From Minisyncoccota bacterium (GTDB taxonomy: Bacteria > Patescibacteriota > Microgenomatia > UBA1400 > PJMF01): a stretch of 64,000 bases of DNA. A program made the position numbers and the translations under genes. The DNA is taken from the NCBI GenBank assembly GCA_009885085.1, contig VFLK01000009.1, positions 3,810-67,809 of the forward strand, written 5' to 3'. Shown one piece after another: positions 47,360 to 57,540 of this stretch. Within the stretch, counting starts at the first letter, position 1, and each line of letters starts with the position of its first letter. The notes beneath the pieces were generated by a model that saw nothing but the letters and a program-made list of their open reading frames with translations, ran no database searches and was not told the origin of the DNA.

Positions 47360-47474
47360 TTTTTTTGAAATTAACTAAGAATAAAATATTAGAACAGCGA
47401 ACATTCAGGACTTGTTCCTGCGAGAGCTGGTAAAATATTTTATACTTAGAAACTTTTGAGAAATTTAGAAAATT

Positions 47475-47882
47475 ATGAACAACCCGGAAGATTCAATATT
47501 AGCAATTGATTTTGGAACTGTGAGAATTGGTTTGGCAATTTCAAGGTTTATTTTGGCAGAACCATTGGAGATAATTCCCAATGATGACTCAAAATTTTTG
47601 AAAATTAGAGAAATTTGCGAAACGAATAATATTAAAAAAATCATTGTTGGTGTGTCAGAAAATGAAATGGCAAGGATGACTAAAGTTTTTGCAATTGAGC
47701 TCGAGGCAGAAATTAAATCTAAATGGGAATATAAGCCAGAATTAGAGTACATGGATGAAACTTTAAGTTCTCACACTGTTCATGAAAGATTAAAGTCAGC
47801 TAAAAAATCTAAAAGAAATTCGAACATTGATCATTATGCTGCAGCAGTTATTTTGCAAGATTGGTTGGACGAGAACTATTAA
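47475..47882 (+). CDS. ruvX: Holliday-junction resolvase-like RuvX/YqgF
   Basis: ILAIDFGTVRIGLAIS N-terminal RNase H-like motif; 135 aa. Confidence 0.85.
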   Translation: MNNPEDSILAIDFGTVRIGLAISRFILAEPLEIIPNDDSKFLKIREICETNNIKKIIVGVSENEMARMTKVFAIELEAEIKSKWEYKPELEYMDETLSSHTVHERLKSAKKSKRNSNIDHYAAAVILQDWLDENY

Positions 47883-48018
47883 GTGTACATTTAATTTATC
47901 AAACTCGATTTCGCAGATTTAAAAAAAATTACTTGTACTCTTTAGAGTATAAATCTTCGCTTCATTAGGCTTAAAAAATAAAATGTATATCTAAAAATAT
48001 TAAAATTTTAAAGGAAAT

Positions 48019-49011
48019 ATGGCCAAAAAAATGTCTAAAAAAAGCACTATTTTAATTGCAGCTATTTCACTTATTGCCGTAATGGTCATTTTAGTAATGC
48101 TCTACTTGAATTCATTACTGAAGCCTCTTGACGTAAATTCTACTCAACCAAGCAGATTTGTTGTTCCAAAAGGCCAAGCAATTTCAATTATTGGCAAGAG
48201 ATTGCAAGAAGAAAAACTTATAAAAAATTCATATGCATTCAGATTTATTGTTGCTAAAGATAAGTTAGAGAACAAAATTCAAGCAGGTTCATTCGATCTT
48301 TCAGCTAGTATGAGTGTTGGTGAAATTGCCAATCATTTAACAACTGGTACCGAAGATGTTTGGATTACATTATTAGAGGGATGGAGAATCGAGGAAATTG
48401 CAGAAAATTTAGAAAAGCAGGATCTAGACAATTTTGATAAAGAAGAGTTTGTTGGTTTGGCAAGTTCTAGTGAAGGCATGCTTTACCCAGATACTTATTT
48501 AATTCCTCGAGAAATGTCCAGCGAGCAAATCTATAATTTGTTGTTGAATACCTTTGATTTGAAAGTTGTTCAGGGATTATCGGAAGAGATTAAGGCTTCA
48601 GGTAGAGATTTTGATCAAGCTCTGATTATGGCTTCGCTAGTTGAAAGAGAGGCAAATAACTATGAGCAAATGAGGAGAGTAGCTGGAATCTTATGGAATA
48701 GAATCGATATAGGCATGGCGCTTCAGGTTGATGCAACCTTACAATATGTTAATGGTTATAATTCTGTTCAAAAAAAATGGTGGGCTGTTCCAACTGCTGA
48801 AGATAAAAGGCTAAAATCGCCATTTAATACATATTTAAATACCGATTTACCTCCAAGACCGATCTCAAATCCTGGAATCAACGCAATCAAAGCCGCATTA
48901 ATTCCTTTAGAATCTGATGATTTTTTCTACATTCACTCAGATGATGGTACGATGTACTATGCCTCAACTTTAGAAGGTCATAACGCAAATGTAAACGAAT
49001 ACTTGCGCTAG
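48019..49011 (+). CDS. mltG: Endolytic murein transglycosylase MltG (YceG family)
   Basis: N-terminal TM helix and a YceG-like domain (GSFDLSASMSVGEIANHL...LIMASLVEREA). Confidence 0.85.
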   Translation: MAKKMSKKSTILIAAISLIAVMVILVMLYLNSLLKPLDVNSTQPSRFVVPKGQAISIIGKRLQEEKLIKNSYAFRFIVAKDKLENKIQAGSFDLSASMSVGEIANHLTTGTEDVWITLLEGWRIEEIAENLEKQDLDNFDKEEFVGLASSSEGMLYPDTYLIPREMSSEQIYNLLLNTFDLKVVQGLSEEIKASGRDFDQALIMASLVEREANNYEQMRRVAGILWNRIDIGMALQVDATLQYVNGYNSVQKKWWAVPTAEDKRLKSPFNTYLNTDLPPRPISNPGINAIKAALIPLESDDFFYIHSDDGTMYYASTLEGHNANVNEYLR

Positions 49012-49124
49012 AGTAAAATACTTGTTATAATACTCAATTCAGTGTACTAAATAATAGTGGGGCTAAATTCTTGAGTACCGTAAAGTACGTCAGTTCAGGT
49101 GCATTACTCTAAAAAAATAACAAG

Positions 49125-49156
49125 GGGAGCGACTTTTGTCAGTCTCTCCATTTTTT
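49125..49156 (+). terminator. Candidate intrinsic terminator downstream of mltG (upstream of rpoB)
   Basis: Imperfect hairpin ggagcgac-tttt-gtcagtctctcc followed by attttttag. Confidence 0.4.
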
Positions 49157-49220
49157 AGTTTAAAAGCCAGATTAGCAGCCCCCAACTAGATTAAACAAAC
49201 TATAATAGCAAGGGAGATTC

Positions 49221-52200
49221 ATGTCACAAACCAAGCGTCAAAATTGGGGTCAATCACACTCAATTCTACCAGAATTAGATTTGATTAAACTTCAAATCGA
49301 CAGTTATAAAATCTTTTTAGAAACTGGAATTAGAAAGTCATTAAGCGAAGTTAATGGTGAAAAAGGAATAGAAGATTACACAGGAAAAAATTGGGCGCTA
49401 AAGTTTGGAGAATATAGATTTGGAAAAGCAAAATACTCAGTTACTCAAGCAAAAAATAAAGGAGTAACTTACGACATGCCTCTTTACGTTGAGGCAACAC
49501 TCATCAATAAAAGAACAGGTGAAGAAAAAACTCAAGAAGTTTTCTTGGGCGATATTCCTAAAATGACCAAAATTGGTACCTTTATTGTTAATGGTATCGA
49601 ACGTGCAGTTGTTACACAATTAGTAAGATCTCCAGGTGTTTTCTTTGGCGGTGCCTTAGAAAGAACACAAGGCAGACAACTTTTCAATGCAGAACTTAGA
49701 CCAAAAAGAGGTTCATGGATTGAAATTTCTGTGGGTAAGAGAGATGTCATTACAGTTAAAATTGATCGTAGAAGAAAAATGCCTGTAACAGTTTTATTGA
49801 GAGCGTTGGGCTATGGATCTGATCAAGAGATTTTAGATTTACTCAAAGCTGAAGACTCAATTGATGAGCTCAATTTACTTCAAAATACAATCGATAAGGA
49901 TGCTACCAAAACACAAGAAGAAGCTTTAATTGAAATTTACGAAAAAATGAGACCTGGAGAGCCAGCAGTTTTAGAAACTTCAAGAGAATACTTCAAACAA
50001 TTATTTTTTGATTCAAGAAGATATGATTTAGCAAAAGTTGGAAGATACAAACTTAATAGAAGATTGAAGCTCGATGTCGATAAAGACACAACTATTTTGA
50101 CCCAAGAAGACATCGTCGCAGCTGTTAAATACTTAATTAGATTACAAAATGGTGAAGGCAAAGTTGATGATATTGACCATCTTAGCAACAGAAGAGTTCG
50201 CCAAATTGGTGAGTTAGTCAAAGAGTCTGCATTCAGAATTGGTCTTATTAGACTAGAAAAATCAATTAGAGAAAAAATGTCTTTGACAAAAACTGAAGAA
50301 GTTTTGAGTCCAGCAGCATTAGTTAATGCTCGCCCACTTATCGCTACAATTTCAGAATTTTTTAGACGTAATAGATTGTCAACAATTTTAGATCAAACTA
50401 ATCCTTTGTCTGAAATCGATAACTTAAGACGTTTATCTGTTATGGGTACAGGTGGTGTGACCAGAGAACGCGCATCATTTTCTATGCGTGATATCAATGC
50501 GTCTCAATACTCACGTATCGATCCGGTTAGATCTCCTGAAGGTCCAAATATTGGATTGGTTACTTATCTTTCACTCTACACAAAGGTGAATGATTTTGGT
50601 TTCTTGGAAGCTCCATATAGAAAAGTCGTTAATGTTAACGGAAAAATGCAGGTTCAAGATGAAATTATTTATTTATCTGCAGACGAAGAAGAAGACTACA
50701 AAATCACTCACGCAAGTGTTGATATTGATAGCAAAGGATTCATTCAAGACGAATGGGTCGCTATGCGTTATATGAACAGTTTTGCAGAAGGTCCAGTAGA
50801 ACAAGCACAATATATTGATGTTATTCCAAATCAAGTTATTGGTACTTCAGCATCATTGATTCCTTTTATTGCTAATGACGAAGCTAACCGTGCACTTATG
50901 GGTACCCATATGCAATGTCAAGCAGTTCCTTTAGTAAAACCACAGGCTCCAATTGTTGGAACAGGTATGGAAGCAGCAGTTGCTTCAGCTATGGGAAGAA
51001 CAGTTAAGGCTATAAATGCTGGAGAAGTTACCTATGTAGATGCAAATAAAATTGAAATTTTAACATCAAAAGCAGATTCTAAAAAAGCTGACGAGATGTC
51101 TGAAGATTTCGATGAAATGTACACACATGAAAATGGAAAAGACGTTTATAACATTACAAAGTTTATTAGAACATCACAGAGTACATGTTACTCACAAAAG
51201 CCAATTGTAAATGTTGGTGACAAAATCAACGTTGGAGACGTCATTATTGATGGACCAGCTGCTGATGGCGGTGAGTTAGCACTTGGTAGTAACTTAGTTA
51301 TTGCTTATGCTTCATTCGAAGGTTTGGGTTATGAAGATGCTATCGTTATTTCTGATAGATTAGTTAGAGAAGACATTCTTACTTCAGTTCAAATTAATGA
51401 ATACAAAGCAAAAGTTATGGACACTAAGCTTGGTGCAGAAGAATTAACAAATGATATTCCAAACGTTTCTGAAATTTATTTGAGCAACTTAACACTGGAT
51501 GGAATCATCCGTGTTGGAAGCATCGTTAGTTCTGGAGACATCTTAGTTGGAAAAATCGCTCCAAAAGGTGAGACAGAGTTATCACCAGAAGAGAGATTGC
51601 TTAGAGCAATTTTTGGAGAGAAGTCTAGAGAAGTTAGAGATACATCATTAAGATTGCCTCATGGTCAGTCAGGAACTGTTATTGAAGTTTCAGTTTTGGA
51701 CAGTGATCTTGGAGATGAACTCGATCCTGGAACTCTTAAAGAAGTTGTCGTTAAAGTCGCACAAATTAGAAAAATCACAGTTGGAGATAAGTTGGCTGGA
51801 CGTCACGGTAACAAGGGTGTTATTTCAAAAATAATTCCTGTAGCAGATATGCCACACACGCAAGATGGCACTCCAGTAGACATTATTATTTCACCACTTT
51901 CAGTTTTGGCACGTATGAACTTGGGTCAGCTTTTGGAAGCACATGCTGGCTGGGCTGCTCAAAAATTGGGTTACAAGATTGCAATTCCTGCTTTCGAGAG
52001 TTTCAATGAAAAGAAAATCTGGGAAGAATTAGGAAGAGCTGGATTACCAGTTTCTGGAAAAGCACAACTTATTGATGGCAGAACAGGTGAATTATTCAGT
52101 GAAGCAACAACTGTTGGCATAGGATACATTCTCAAACTGTCACACATGGTCGAAGATAAAATGCATGCAAGATCTACCGGTCCATACTCATTAGTCACTC

Positions 52201-52667
52201 AACAACCACTTGGCGGTAAAGCTCAAATGGGTGGACAGCGTTTGGGAGAAATGGAAGTCTGGGCACTTGAAGCACATAAGGCAGCACATACATTACAAGA
52301 AATGCTTACTATCAAATCTGATGATGTGATGGGTAGAGCAAAAGCCTTTGAATCTATCGTTAAAGGCTTGGATATTCCAGAACCAGCAGTTCCGGAATCC
52401 TTCCGAGTTTTAATGAGAGAGTTGAACTCACTTGGAATTGATGTTGTTCCTCACGAAGTGATTGAAGAAGATGAGGTAGTTTTAGAAGAAGCTTCTCCAG
52501 GACTTAATATTGATCCAGACGAATTAAATACGGTTGATCAAAGTGTGGAAGAAGAAGACGAGGATTTGGAAGATGTTGAACTCGAGGATATTGAACCTGA
52601 ATTTGACGAAGAAGAGGCTGCAAAAATTGAAGCTTCTCAAGACGATGAGGAAGAAATAGCGGAGTAA
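49221..52667 (+). CDS. rpoB: DNA-directed RNA polymerase subunit beta
   Basis: 1148 aa with conserved RpoB blocks throughout; an acidic C-terminal tail EEDEDLEDVELEDIEPEFDEEE. Confidence 0.97.
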   Translation: MSQTKRQNWGQSHSILPELDLIKLQIDSYKIFLETGIRKSLSEVNGEKGIEDYTGKNWALKFGEYRFGKAKYSVTQAKNKGVTYDMPLYVEATLINKRTGEEKTQEVFLGDIPKMTKIGTFIVNGIERAVVTQLVRSPGVFFGGALERTQGRQLFNAELRPKRGSWIEISVGKRDVITVKIDRRRKMPVTVLLRALGYGSDQEILDLLKAEDSIDELNLLQNTIDKDATKTQEEALIEIYEKMRPGEPAVLETSREYFKQLFFDSRRYDLAKVGRYKLNRRLKLDVDKDTTILTQEDIVAAVKYLIRLQNGEGKVDDIDHLSNRRVRQIGELVKESAFRIGLIRLEKSIREKMSLTKTEEVLSPAALVNARPLIATISEFFRRNRLSTILDQTNPLSEIDNLRRLSVMGTGGVTRERASFSMRDINASQYSRIDPVRSPEGPNIGLVTYLSLYTKVNDFGFLEAPYRKVVNVNGKMQVQDEIIYLSADEEEDYKITHASVDIDSKGFIQDEWVAMRYMNSFAEGPVEQAQYIDVIPNQVIGTSASLIPFIANDEANRALMGTHMQCQAVPLVKPQAPIVGTGMEAAVASAMGRTVKAINAGEVTYVDANKIEILTSKADSKKADEMSEDFDEMYTHENGKDVYNITKFIRTSQSTCYSQKPIVNVGDKINVGDVIIDGPAADGGELALGSNLVIAYASFEGLGYEDAIVISDRLVREDILTSVQINEYKAKVMDTKLGAEELTNDIPNVSEIYLSNLTLDGIIRVGSIVSSGDILVGKIAPKGETELSPEERLLRAIFGEKSREVRDTSLRLPHGQSGTVIEVSVLDSDLGDELDPGTLKEVVVKVAQIRKITVGDKLAGRHGNKGVISKIIPVADMPHTQDGTPVDIIISPLSVLARMNLGQLLEAHAGWAAQKLGYKIAIPAFESFNEKKIWEELGRAGLPVSGKAQLIDGRTGELFSEATTVGIGYILKLSHMVEDKMHARSTGPYSLVTQQPLGGKAQMGGQRLGEMEVWALEAHKAAHTLQEMLTIKSDDVMGRAKAFESIVKGLDIPEPAVPESFRVLMRELNSLGIDVVPHEVIEEDEVVLEEASPGLNIDPDELNTVDQSVEEEDEDLEDVELEDIEPEFDEEEAAKIEASQDDEEEIAE

Positions 52668-52689
52668 CAACCAAACCACAAAGGACTTT

Positions 52690-55600
52690 ATGAAAAATAT
52701 TATCAACTTCTCTGCACTAGAAATTCGCATCGCATCACCAGACACAATTAAGTCTTGGTCATTTGGCGAAGTCAAGAAACCAGAGACAATCAATTACAGA
52801 TCACTTAAGGCAGAAAAAGATGGCCTATTCGACGAGAAAATTTTTGGCCCTATCAAAGACTATGAGTGTTACTGTGGAAAATATAAGAGAATTCGTTATA
52901 AGGGTATAATTTGTGACAAATGTGGAGTCGAAGTGACTCAGTCAAAAGTTAGACGTGAGAGAATGGCTCACATTACTTTGTCATCTCCAGTAGCTCACAT
53001 TTGGTTTTTCAAAGGTGCTCCTTCTAAATTGTCTTTACTTTTAGATATTTCACCAAGAAATTTGAGTTCAATTATTTATTTTTCAAAATACTTGGTTCTT
53101 GATATTGATGCAGACGAAAAAACAGAAATTTCTGATCGCTTAAATGTCGATTTAGTAGCTGCTCAAGATGAACTCAAAGATGAAGCAAAAGTTGGAATGG
53201 AGTTAGTAAAAGCTACCTTAACCGAAGACAAAGCTAGTTTAAATGAAAAAGTAACTAGTAAAGAAACTCTCCAATTAAAATTGACAGAATCCGAGTTAAA
53301 AGCAAAAAACAAACTAGTAGCTCTTAAGAAACAACTAGAAGTGAAGCTAGATCAGACTGAAGAAATTTACAAAACCATTAAACAAATGGTCAAGAAAATT
53401 GGAAAAGGAATGATCTTAACCGAAGACGAGTATCTAAAACTTGATGATTACAATGCTGCCTCTCACTTGAGAGTCGGAATGGGTGCAGAAAGTATATTAG
53501 AACTCGCAGAAGCCATCGATTTGAATGCCTTGGTTGTCAAACTAAGAGAAGAAATCGAAGAATCAAAAGGTGCTAAGCTAGTAAAAGCAATTAAACGTTT
53601 GAGAGTTGCCGAAGGGTTAAGAAAAGCCAAGATAAAACCATCTTGGATGTTCATGACCGTTCTACCGGTTATCCCTCCAGATTTAAGACCTATGGTTCAA
53701 CTTTCTGGTGGTAGATTTGCTACCTCAGATCTTAATGATTTATACAGAAGAGTTATCAATAGAAATAATCGTTTGAAACACTTAATCGATTTAGGTGCTC
53801 CAGAAATTATTTTGAGAAATGAAAAAAGAATGCTTCAAGAAGCAGTCGACTCATTAATTGATGGTTCAAGTGCAAGACAAACAAGAAGAAGACAAACAAG
53901 AAGACCACTAAAATCTCTTTCTGAAATGTTGAAAGGTAAACAGGGTCGTTTCCGTCAAAATCTTCTAGGTAAACGTGTTGACTATTCAGGACGTTCAGTT
54001 ATCGTTGTCGGTCCAGAATTGAAACTTAATGAATGCGGTTTGCCAAAAGATATGGCGCTAGAAATGTTTAAACCATATGTTTTGAGAGAATTAATTGTCA
54101 ACGGAACAGCTCCTAATGTTAAGAGTGCAAAACACCTAATCGAACGACACGAGCCAGAAGTTTATGATATTTTAGAAGAAGTTACTAAGAATCATCCAGT
54201 TATTCTAAATCGTGCTCCAACCTTACATAAGCTTGGTATGCAGGCATTTTACCCTATCTTGATAGAGGGAAATGCTATTAGATTACATCCATGCGTTTGT
54301 TCTGGTTACAATGCTGACTTTGATGGTGACCAAATGGCTGTTCACGTACCTTTGACCAAAAAAGCTCAACAAGAATCTATCGATTTATTAATGGCAACAA
54401 ATAATTTGCTTAAACCAGCTAATGGAGAGCCAATTACTATTCCAAATAAAGAGATGGCAATGGGTATTTATTACCATACAGTTGTAGATAATAAATTTAA
54501 GGTCTTCCCAGGAGTATTTTCATCTAAAGATGAAGCTTATCACGTATACCAAATTGGCAAACTTGAGCTTAGACAATTAGCAAAAGTTAGAATTGCCTCA
54601 CTAGGTAAAATTATTGAAACTACAGTTGGAAGACTTCAGTTCAATGATTTATTACCAGCTGAATTCGGTTTTATCAATGAAGCTGTAGGTGCAAAGAAGA
54701 TTAAACAATTAGTCACTTCTGCAATTAAAGAATTTGACAAACAACGTGTCGCAGATCTAATTGACGCTATTAAAAACTTAGGTTTTGAAGCAGCAACAAT
54801 TTCTGGTATTTCAGTTTCTGTTAGTGACTGTGAAATGATTGAAAATAAAGATGAAATCATTGCAGCTGCTAATAAAAAAGTTGAAGAAATTCAAGAACAA
54901 TACAATGAAGGTATGATCGCACTTGAAGAGAGAAAAAGACTTTCATTTGATGTTTGGATCGACACAACTGAGGATATTGCAGAGAAAACTTGGAATTCAT
55001 ATTCCGAAGACAATGCTGTTAAAGTTTTAATTGAGTCAGGTGGAACTCGTGCATCTAAAGATCAGGTTAAACAACTTGCTGCAATGCGTGGTTTAGTGGT
55101 TGACCCTAATGGTAATATCGTTGAAATGCCTACTAAGTCTAACTTTAGAGAAGGTTTGACAATTTTCGAATATGTCACTTCAGCTAGAGGTTCACGTAAA
55201 GGTTTGACCGACTCAGCTATCAAAACAGCTGATGCAGGTTACCTTACACGTCGTTTGTGTGATGTTTCTCATGATGCAATTATTAGATTGGAAGATTGTA
55301 AAACTGAAGAATTTATCACAATTACAGACGAAGATAGAACTGATGTTTTTGCAACAAGAATTGCAGGCAGAATTTTAGCAACAGATATTGTTCTTAATAA
55401 GAAAGTAGTCGCTGAAAAAGGCACATTAATAACAATTGAGTTAGCTAAGGATTTAGTAAAAGCTGGATTAAAAACAGCAGATGTTAGATCTCCTCTTACT
55501 TGCGAGGCTGCAAAGGGTCTTTGTGCTACATGTTATGGTATTGATTTCTCAACATCAAAAATGATTGAACTCGGTGTTCCAGTTGGAATTGTGGCTGCAC

Positions 55601-56379
55601 AATCTATTGGAGAGCCAGGTACACAGCTTACAATGAGAACTAAGCATAGTGGAGGTATCTTGGGTGCTGACGTGACTCAAGGTTTGCCACGTGTTGAAGA
55701 GTTACTTGAAGCTAGAAACCCAAAGAATCAAGCTATCATTAGCGAGATTGCTGGAAAAGTTTCAGTAGAAGAAGGTGACAAAGAAATTATCGTTACTGTC
55801 AGAACAACTTCATCACCAGTCGAAGAAGTTGAGTACAAGCTTTCTGTAAATGCAGAGTTACTTATTAAAGATGGTGACTTAATTCATGTTGGTCAACAGT
55901 TGACCGCAGGATCTGTCAGTCTTAAAGAGTTAGCTCTTGTAAAAGGTTTGCTCCAAGCTCAACAGTACACGATTAATCAAGTACAAGCTGTCTATGAATC
56001 ACAAGGTATTCCTATTCATGATAAACATTTTGAAACTATTATCAGAAAAATGTGTGATAAGCTTCAAATTGAATCTGCAGGAGACACTGATTTCTTAACT
56101 GGCGAAGTTATTGAAAAGACCAAGTTTATTGAAGCAAATGATGAAGCAATGGCCGCAGGTGGAGAACCAGCAACAGCTAAGGTTCTATTCTTGGGAATTA
56201 CCAGATCTTCATTGTTCACTGCATCTTGGTTATCAGCTGCTTCTTTCCAACACACTAAGAATGTCTTAACTGATGCATCTGCAGCAGGTAAGATTGACTA
56301 CTTGGATGGTTTGAAAGAAAATGTCATCATTGGTAGATTAATTCCAACCAGTAAAGAGAGAGCAAGTATTGAAATGTAA
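52690..56379 (+). CDS. rpoC: DNA-directed RNA polymerase subunit beta'
   Basis: Zn-finger CYCGKYKRIRYKGIICDKCGVEV, catalytic NADFDGDQMAVHVP, 1229 aa. Confidence 0.97.
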   Translation: MKNIINFSALEIRIASPDTIKSWSFGEVKKPETINYRSLKAEKDGLFDEKIFGPIKDYECYCGKYKRIRYKGIICDKCGVEVTQSKVRRERMAHITLSSPVAHIWFFKGAPSKLSLLLDISPRNLSSIIYFSKYLVLDIDADEKTEISDRLNVDLVAAQDELKDEAKVGMELVKATLTEDKASLNEKVTSKETLQLKLTESELKAKNKLVALKKQLEVKLDQTEEIYKTIKQMVKKIGKGMILTEDEYLKLDDYNAASHLRVGMGAESILELAEAIDLNALVVKLREEIEESKGAKLVKAIKRLRVAEGLRKAKIKPSWMFMTVLPVIPPDLRPMVQLSGGRFATSDLNDLYRRVINRNNRLKHLIDLGAPEIILRNEKRMLQEAVDSLIDGSSARQTRRRQTRRPLKSLSEMLKGKQGRFRQNLLGKRVDYSGRSVIVVGPELKLNECGLPKDMALEMFKPYVLRELIVNGTAPNVKSAKHLIERHEPEVYDILEEVTKNHPVILNRAPTLHKLGMQAFYPILIEGNAIRLHPCVCSGYNADFDGDQMAVHVPLTKKAQQESIDLLMATNNLLKPANGEPITIPNKEMAMGIYYHTVVDNKFKVFPGVFSSKDEAYHVYQIGKLELRQLAKVRIASLGKIIETTVGRLQFNDLLPAEFGFINEAVGAKKIKQLVTSAIKEFDKQRVADLIDAIKNLGFEAATISGISVSVSDCEMIENKDEIIAAANKKVEEIQEQYNEGMIALEERKRLSFDVWIDTTEDIAEKTWNSYSEDNAVKVLIESGGTRASKDQVKQLAAMRGLVVDPNGNIVEMPTKSNFREGLTIFEYVTSARGSRKGLTDSAIKTADAGYLTRRLCDVSHDAIIRLEDCKTEEFITITDEDRTDVFATRIAGRILATDIVLNKKVVAEKGTLITIELAKDLVKAGLKTADVRSPLTCEAAKGLCATCYGIDFSTSKMIELGVPVGIVAAQSIGEPGTQLTMRTKHSGGILGADVTQGLPRVEELLEARNPKNQAIISEIAGKVSVEEGDKEIIVTVRTTSSPVEEVEYKLSVNAELLIKDGDLIHVGQQLTAGSVSLKELALVKGLLQAQQYTINQVQAVYESQGIPIHDKHFETIIRKMCDKLQIESAGDTDFLTGEVIEKTKFIEANDEAMAAGGEPATAKVLFLGITRSSLFTASWLSAASFQHTKNVLTDASAAGKIDYLDGLKENVIIGRLIPTSKERASIEM

Positions 56380-56440
56380 ACTTATTTTTCAGTCATGGCT
56401 TTGTAGCCGCTGATTATAAGTTAAAACTTCGCAATAAAAA

Positions 56441-56466
56441 ATCCCGCCAGAAATGGCGGGATTTTT
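56441..56466 (+). terminator. Rho-independent terminator after rpoC
   Basis: 9-bp GC-rich stem atcccgcca / tggcgggat with a gaaa loop, followed by ttttt. Confidence 0.8.
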
Positions 56467-56481
56467 GGATATAAATGGATC

Positions 56482-56925
56482 TTGGAATTGGAGGCGCAAG
56501 TCTCCTCTCTCCTGGATGACAACAAAATCCTTGTTGAAGAGTCTGCTACACTTTATGAGCAGCTAGCCAATTTTGATTACAATAATACTGTGATCAAGAT
56601 AGTGGACAAGCACGGTCTTTTGAATGAAGACCTTCTGCTTGGTCCAGCATATGTTGTGCTGGAAGATGAGCTCTTCTCAAAAAATGGAGTAGCTCGCCGA
56701 GTCAGCACCCTGCTGGAAGCAAGCAGTAGAAACACCCTGTGGCTGTTTGATAATACCACGGGGCAGCGTACATACCTGAAGGTTGAGGCTGGCGAAACCA
56801 TTATTTTTATGGCTTCACAAGCGAATACTGCAGGTGAAATTTTCCTGCAGTATGAAGTCTGTTATACCAATAACAACTTCAGCTGCACCAGTGATCTAGT
56901 GCAGACAGATATCAAAATCAAATAA
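56482..56925 (+). CDS. Hypothetical 147-aa protein encoded by a compositionally foreign (GC-rich, CTG/CAG/GCG-codon) segment inserted between rpoC and rpsL
   Basis: Intact ORF (MELEAQVSSLLDDNKILVEES...LVQTDIKIK) with ~45% GC against ~33-35% in flanking genes; Leu is coded mainly by CTG and Gln by CAG, unlike the TTA/CAA bias elsewhere; no family recognised. Confidence 0.5.
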   Translation: MELEAQVSSLLDDNKILVEESATLYEQLANFDYNNTVIKIVDKHGLLNEDLLLGPAYVVLEDELFSKNGVARRVSTLLEASSRNTLWLFDNTTGQRTYLKVEAGETIIFMASQANTAGEIFLQYEVCYTNNNFSCTSDLVQTDIKIK

Positions 56926-56954
56926 GAAAAAGTAACCAAGTTATGAAATGTGAA

Positions 56955-56982
56955 AAGCCCCAGCGCAAGCCGGGGCTTTTTC
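56955..56982 (+). terminator. Rho-independent terminator after the atypical ORF
   Basis: aagcccc ... ggggctt GC-rich hairpin followed by ttttt. Confidence 0.75.
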
Positions 56983-57028
56983 ACGCATTAATCTATATAA
57001 TTCCACAAGACACAAAATTTAAATGTTA

Positions 57029-57037
57029 TGATATAAT
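57029..57037 (+). promoter_or_regulatory. Extended -10 promoter element (TGaTATAAT) for the rpsL-rpsG-fusA-tuf operon
   Basis: tgatataat at 57029-57037, 35 nt upstream of the rpsL ATG; a weak -35 (agacac). Confidence 0.5.
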
Positions 57038-57071
57038 CAGTGTTCGTGTTATTTTATTGGAGTAATTATTT

Positions 57072-57485
57072 ATGCCTACAATTAATCAGTTAATCAGAAA
57101 GGGAGGTCGCAAACCAAACCCTAAGAGAATTAAAGCTCAAGCGCTTCGCAGAAGTTTTAACTCAAATACTGGAAAACAGATTAAAACCACTAATCCACAA
57201 AAACGTGGTGTGTGTACTGTGGTCAAAACAATGACTCCTAAGAAACCTAACTCAGCACTTCGTAAAGTTGCTCGTGTTAGACTTTCTAATAAAATGGAAG
57301 TCACTGCTTACATCATGGGTGAAGGTCATAGTTTGGCCGAACACAGTATCGTTTTGGTTAGAGGCGGAAGAGTTAAAGATCTTCCTGGTGTGAAGTATCA
57401 CATTGTTAGAGGTAAGTACGATGCTACTGGAGTAAGCAACAGAAAAACTTCACGTAGTAAATATGGTGTAAAGAAAAACGGTTAA
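57072..57485 (+). CDS. rpsL: 30S ribosomal protein S12
   Basis: [14 protein letters not shown]...[11 protein letters not shown]...[10 protein letters not shown]. Confidence 0.97.
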   Translation: MPTINQLIRKGGRKPNPKRIKAQALRRSFNSNTGKQIKTTNPQKRGVCTVVKTMTPKKPNSALRKVARVRLSNKMEVTAYIMGEGHSLAEHSIVLVRGGRVKDLPGVKYHIVRGKYDATGVSNRKTSRSKYGVKKNG

Positions 57486-57540
57486 TAATTAAATATATAA
57501 TGAAAGTATTTGCTAAAAATTTAGCAGAGAAGAAATTATC

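Noticed and set aside
56577-56801. Antisense 74-aa ORF inside the GC-rich insert
   Set aside because: Ser/Arg-rich shadow-frame product of the sense ORF, with no start context.
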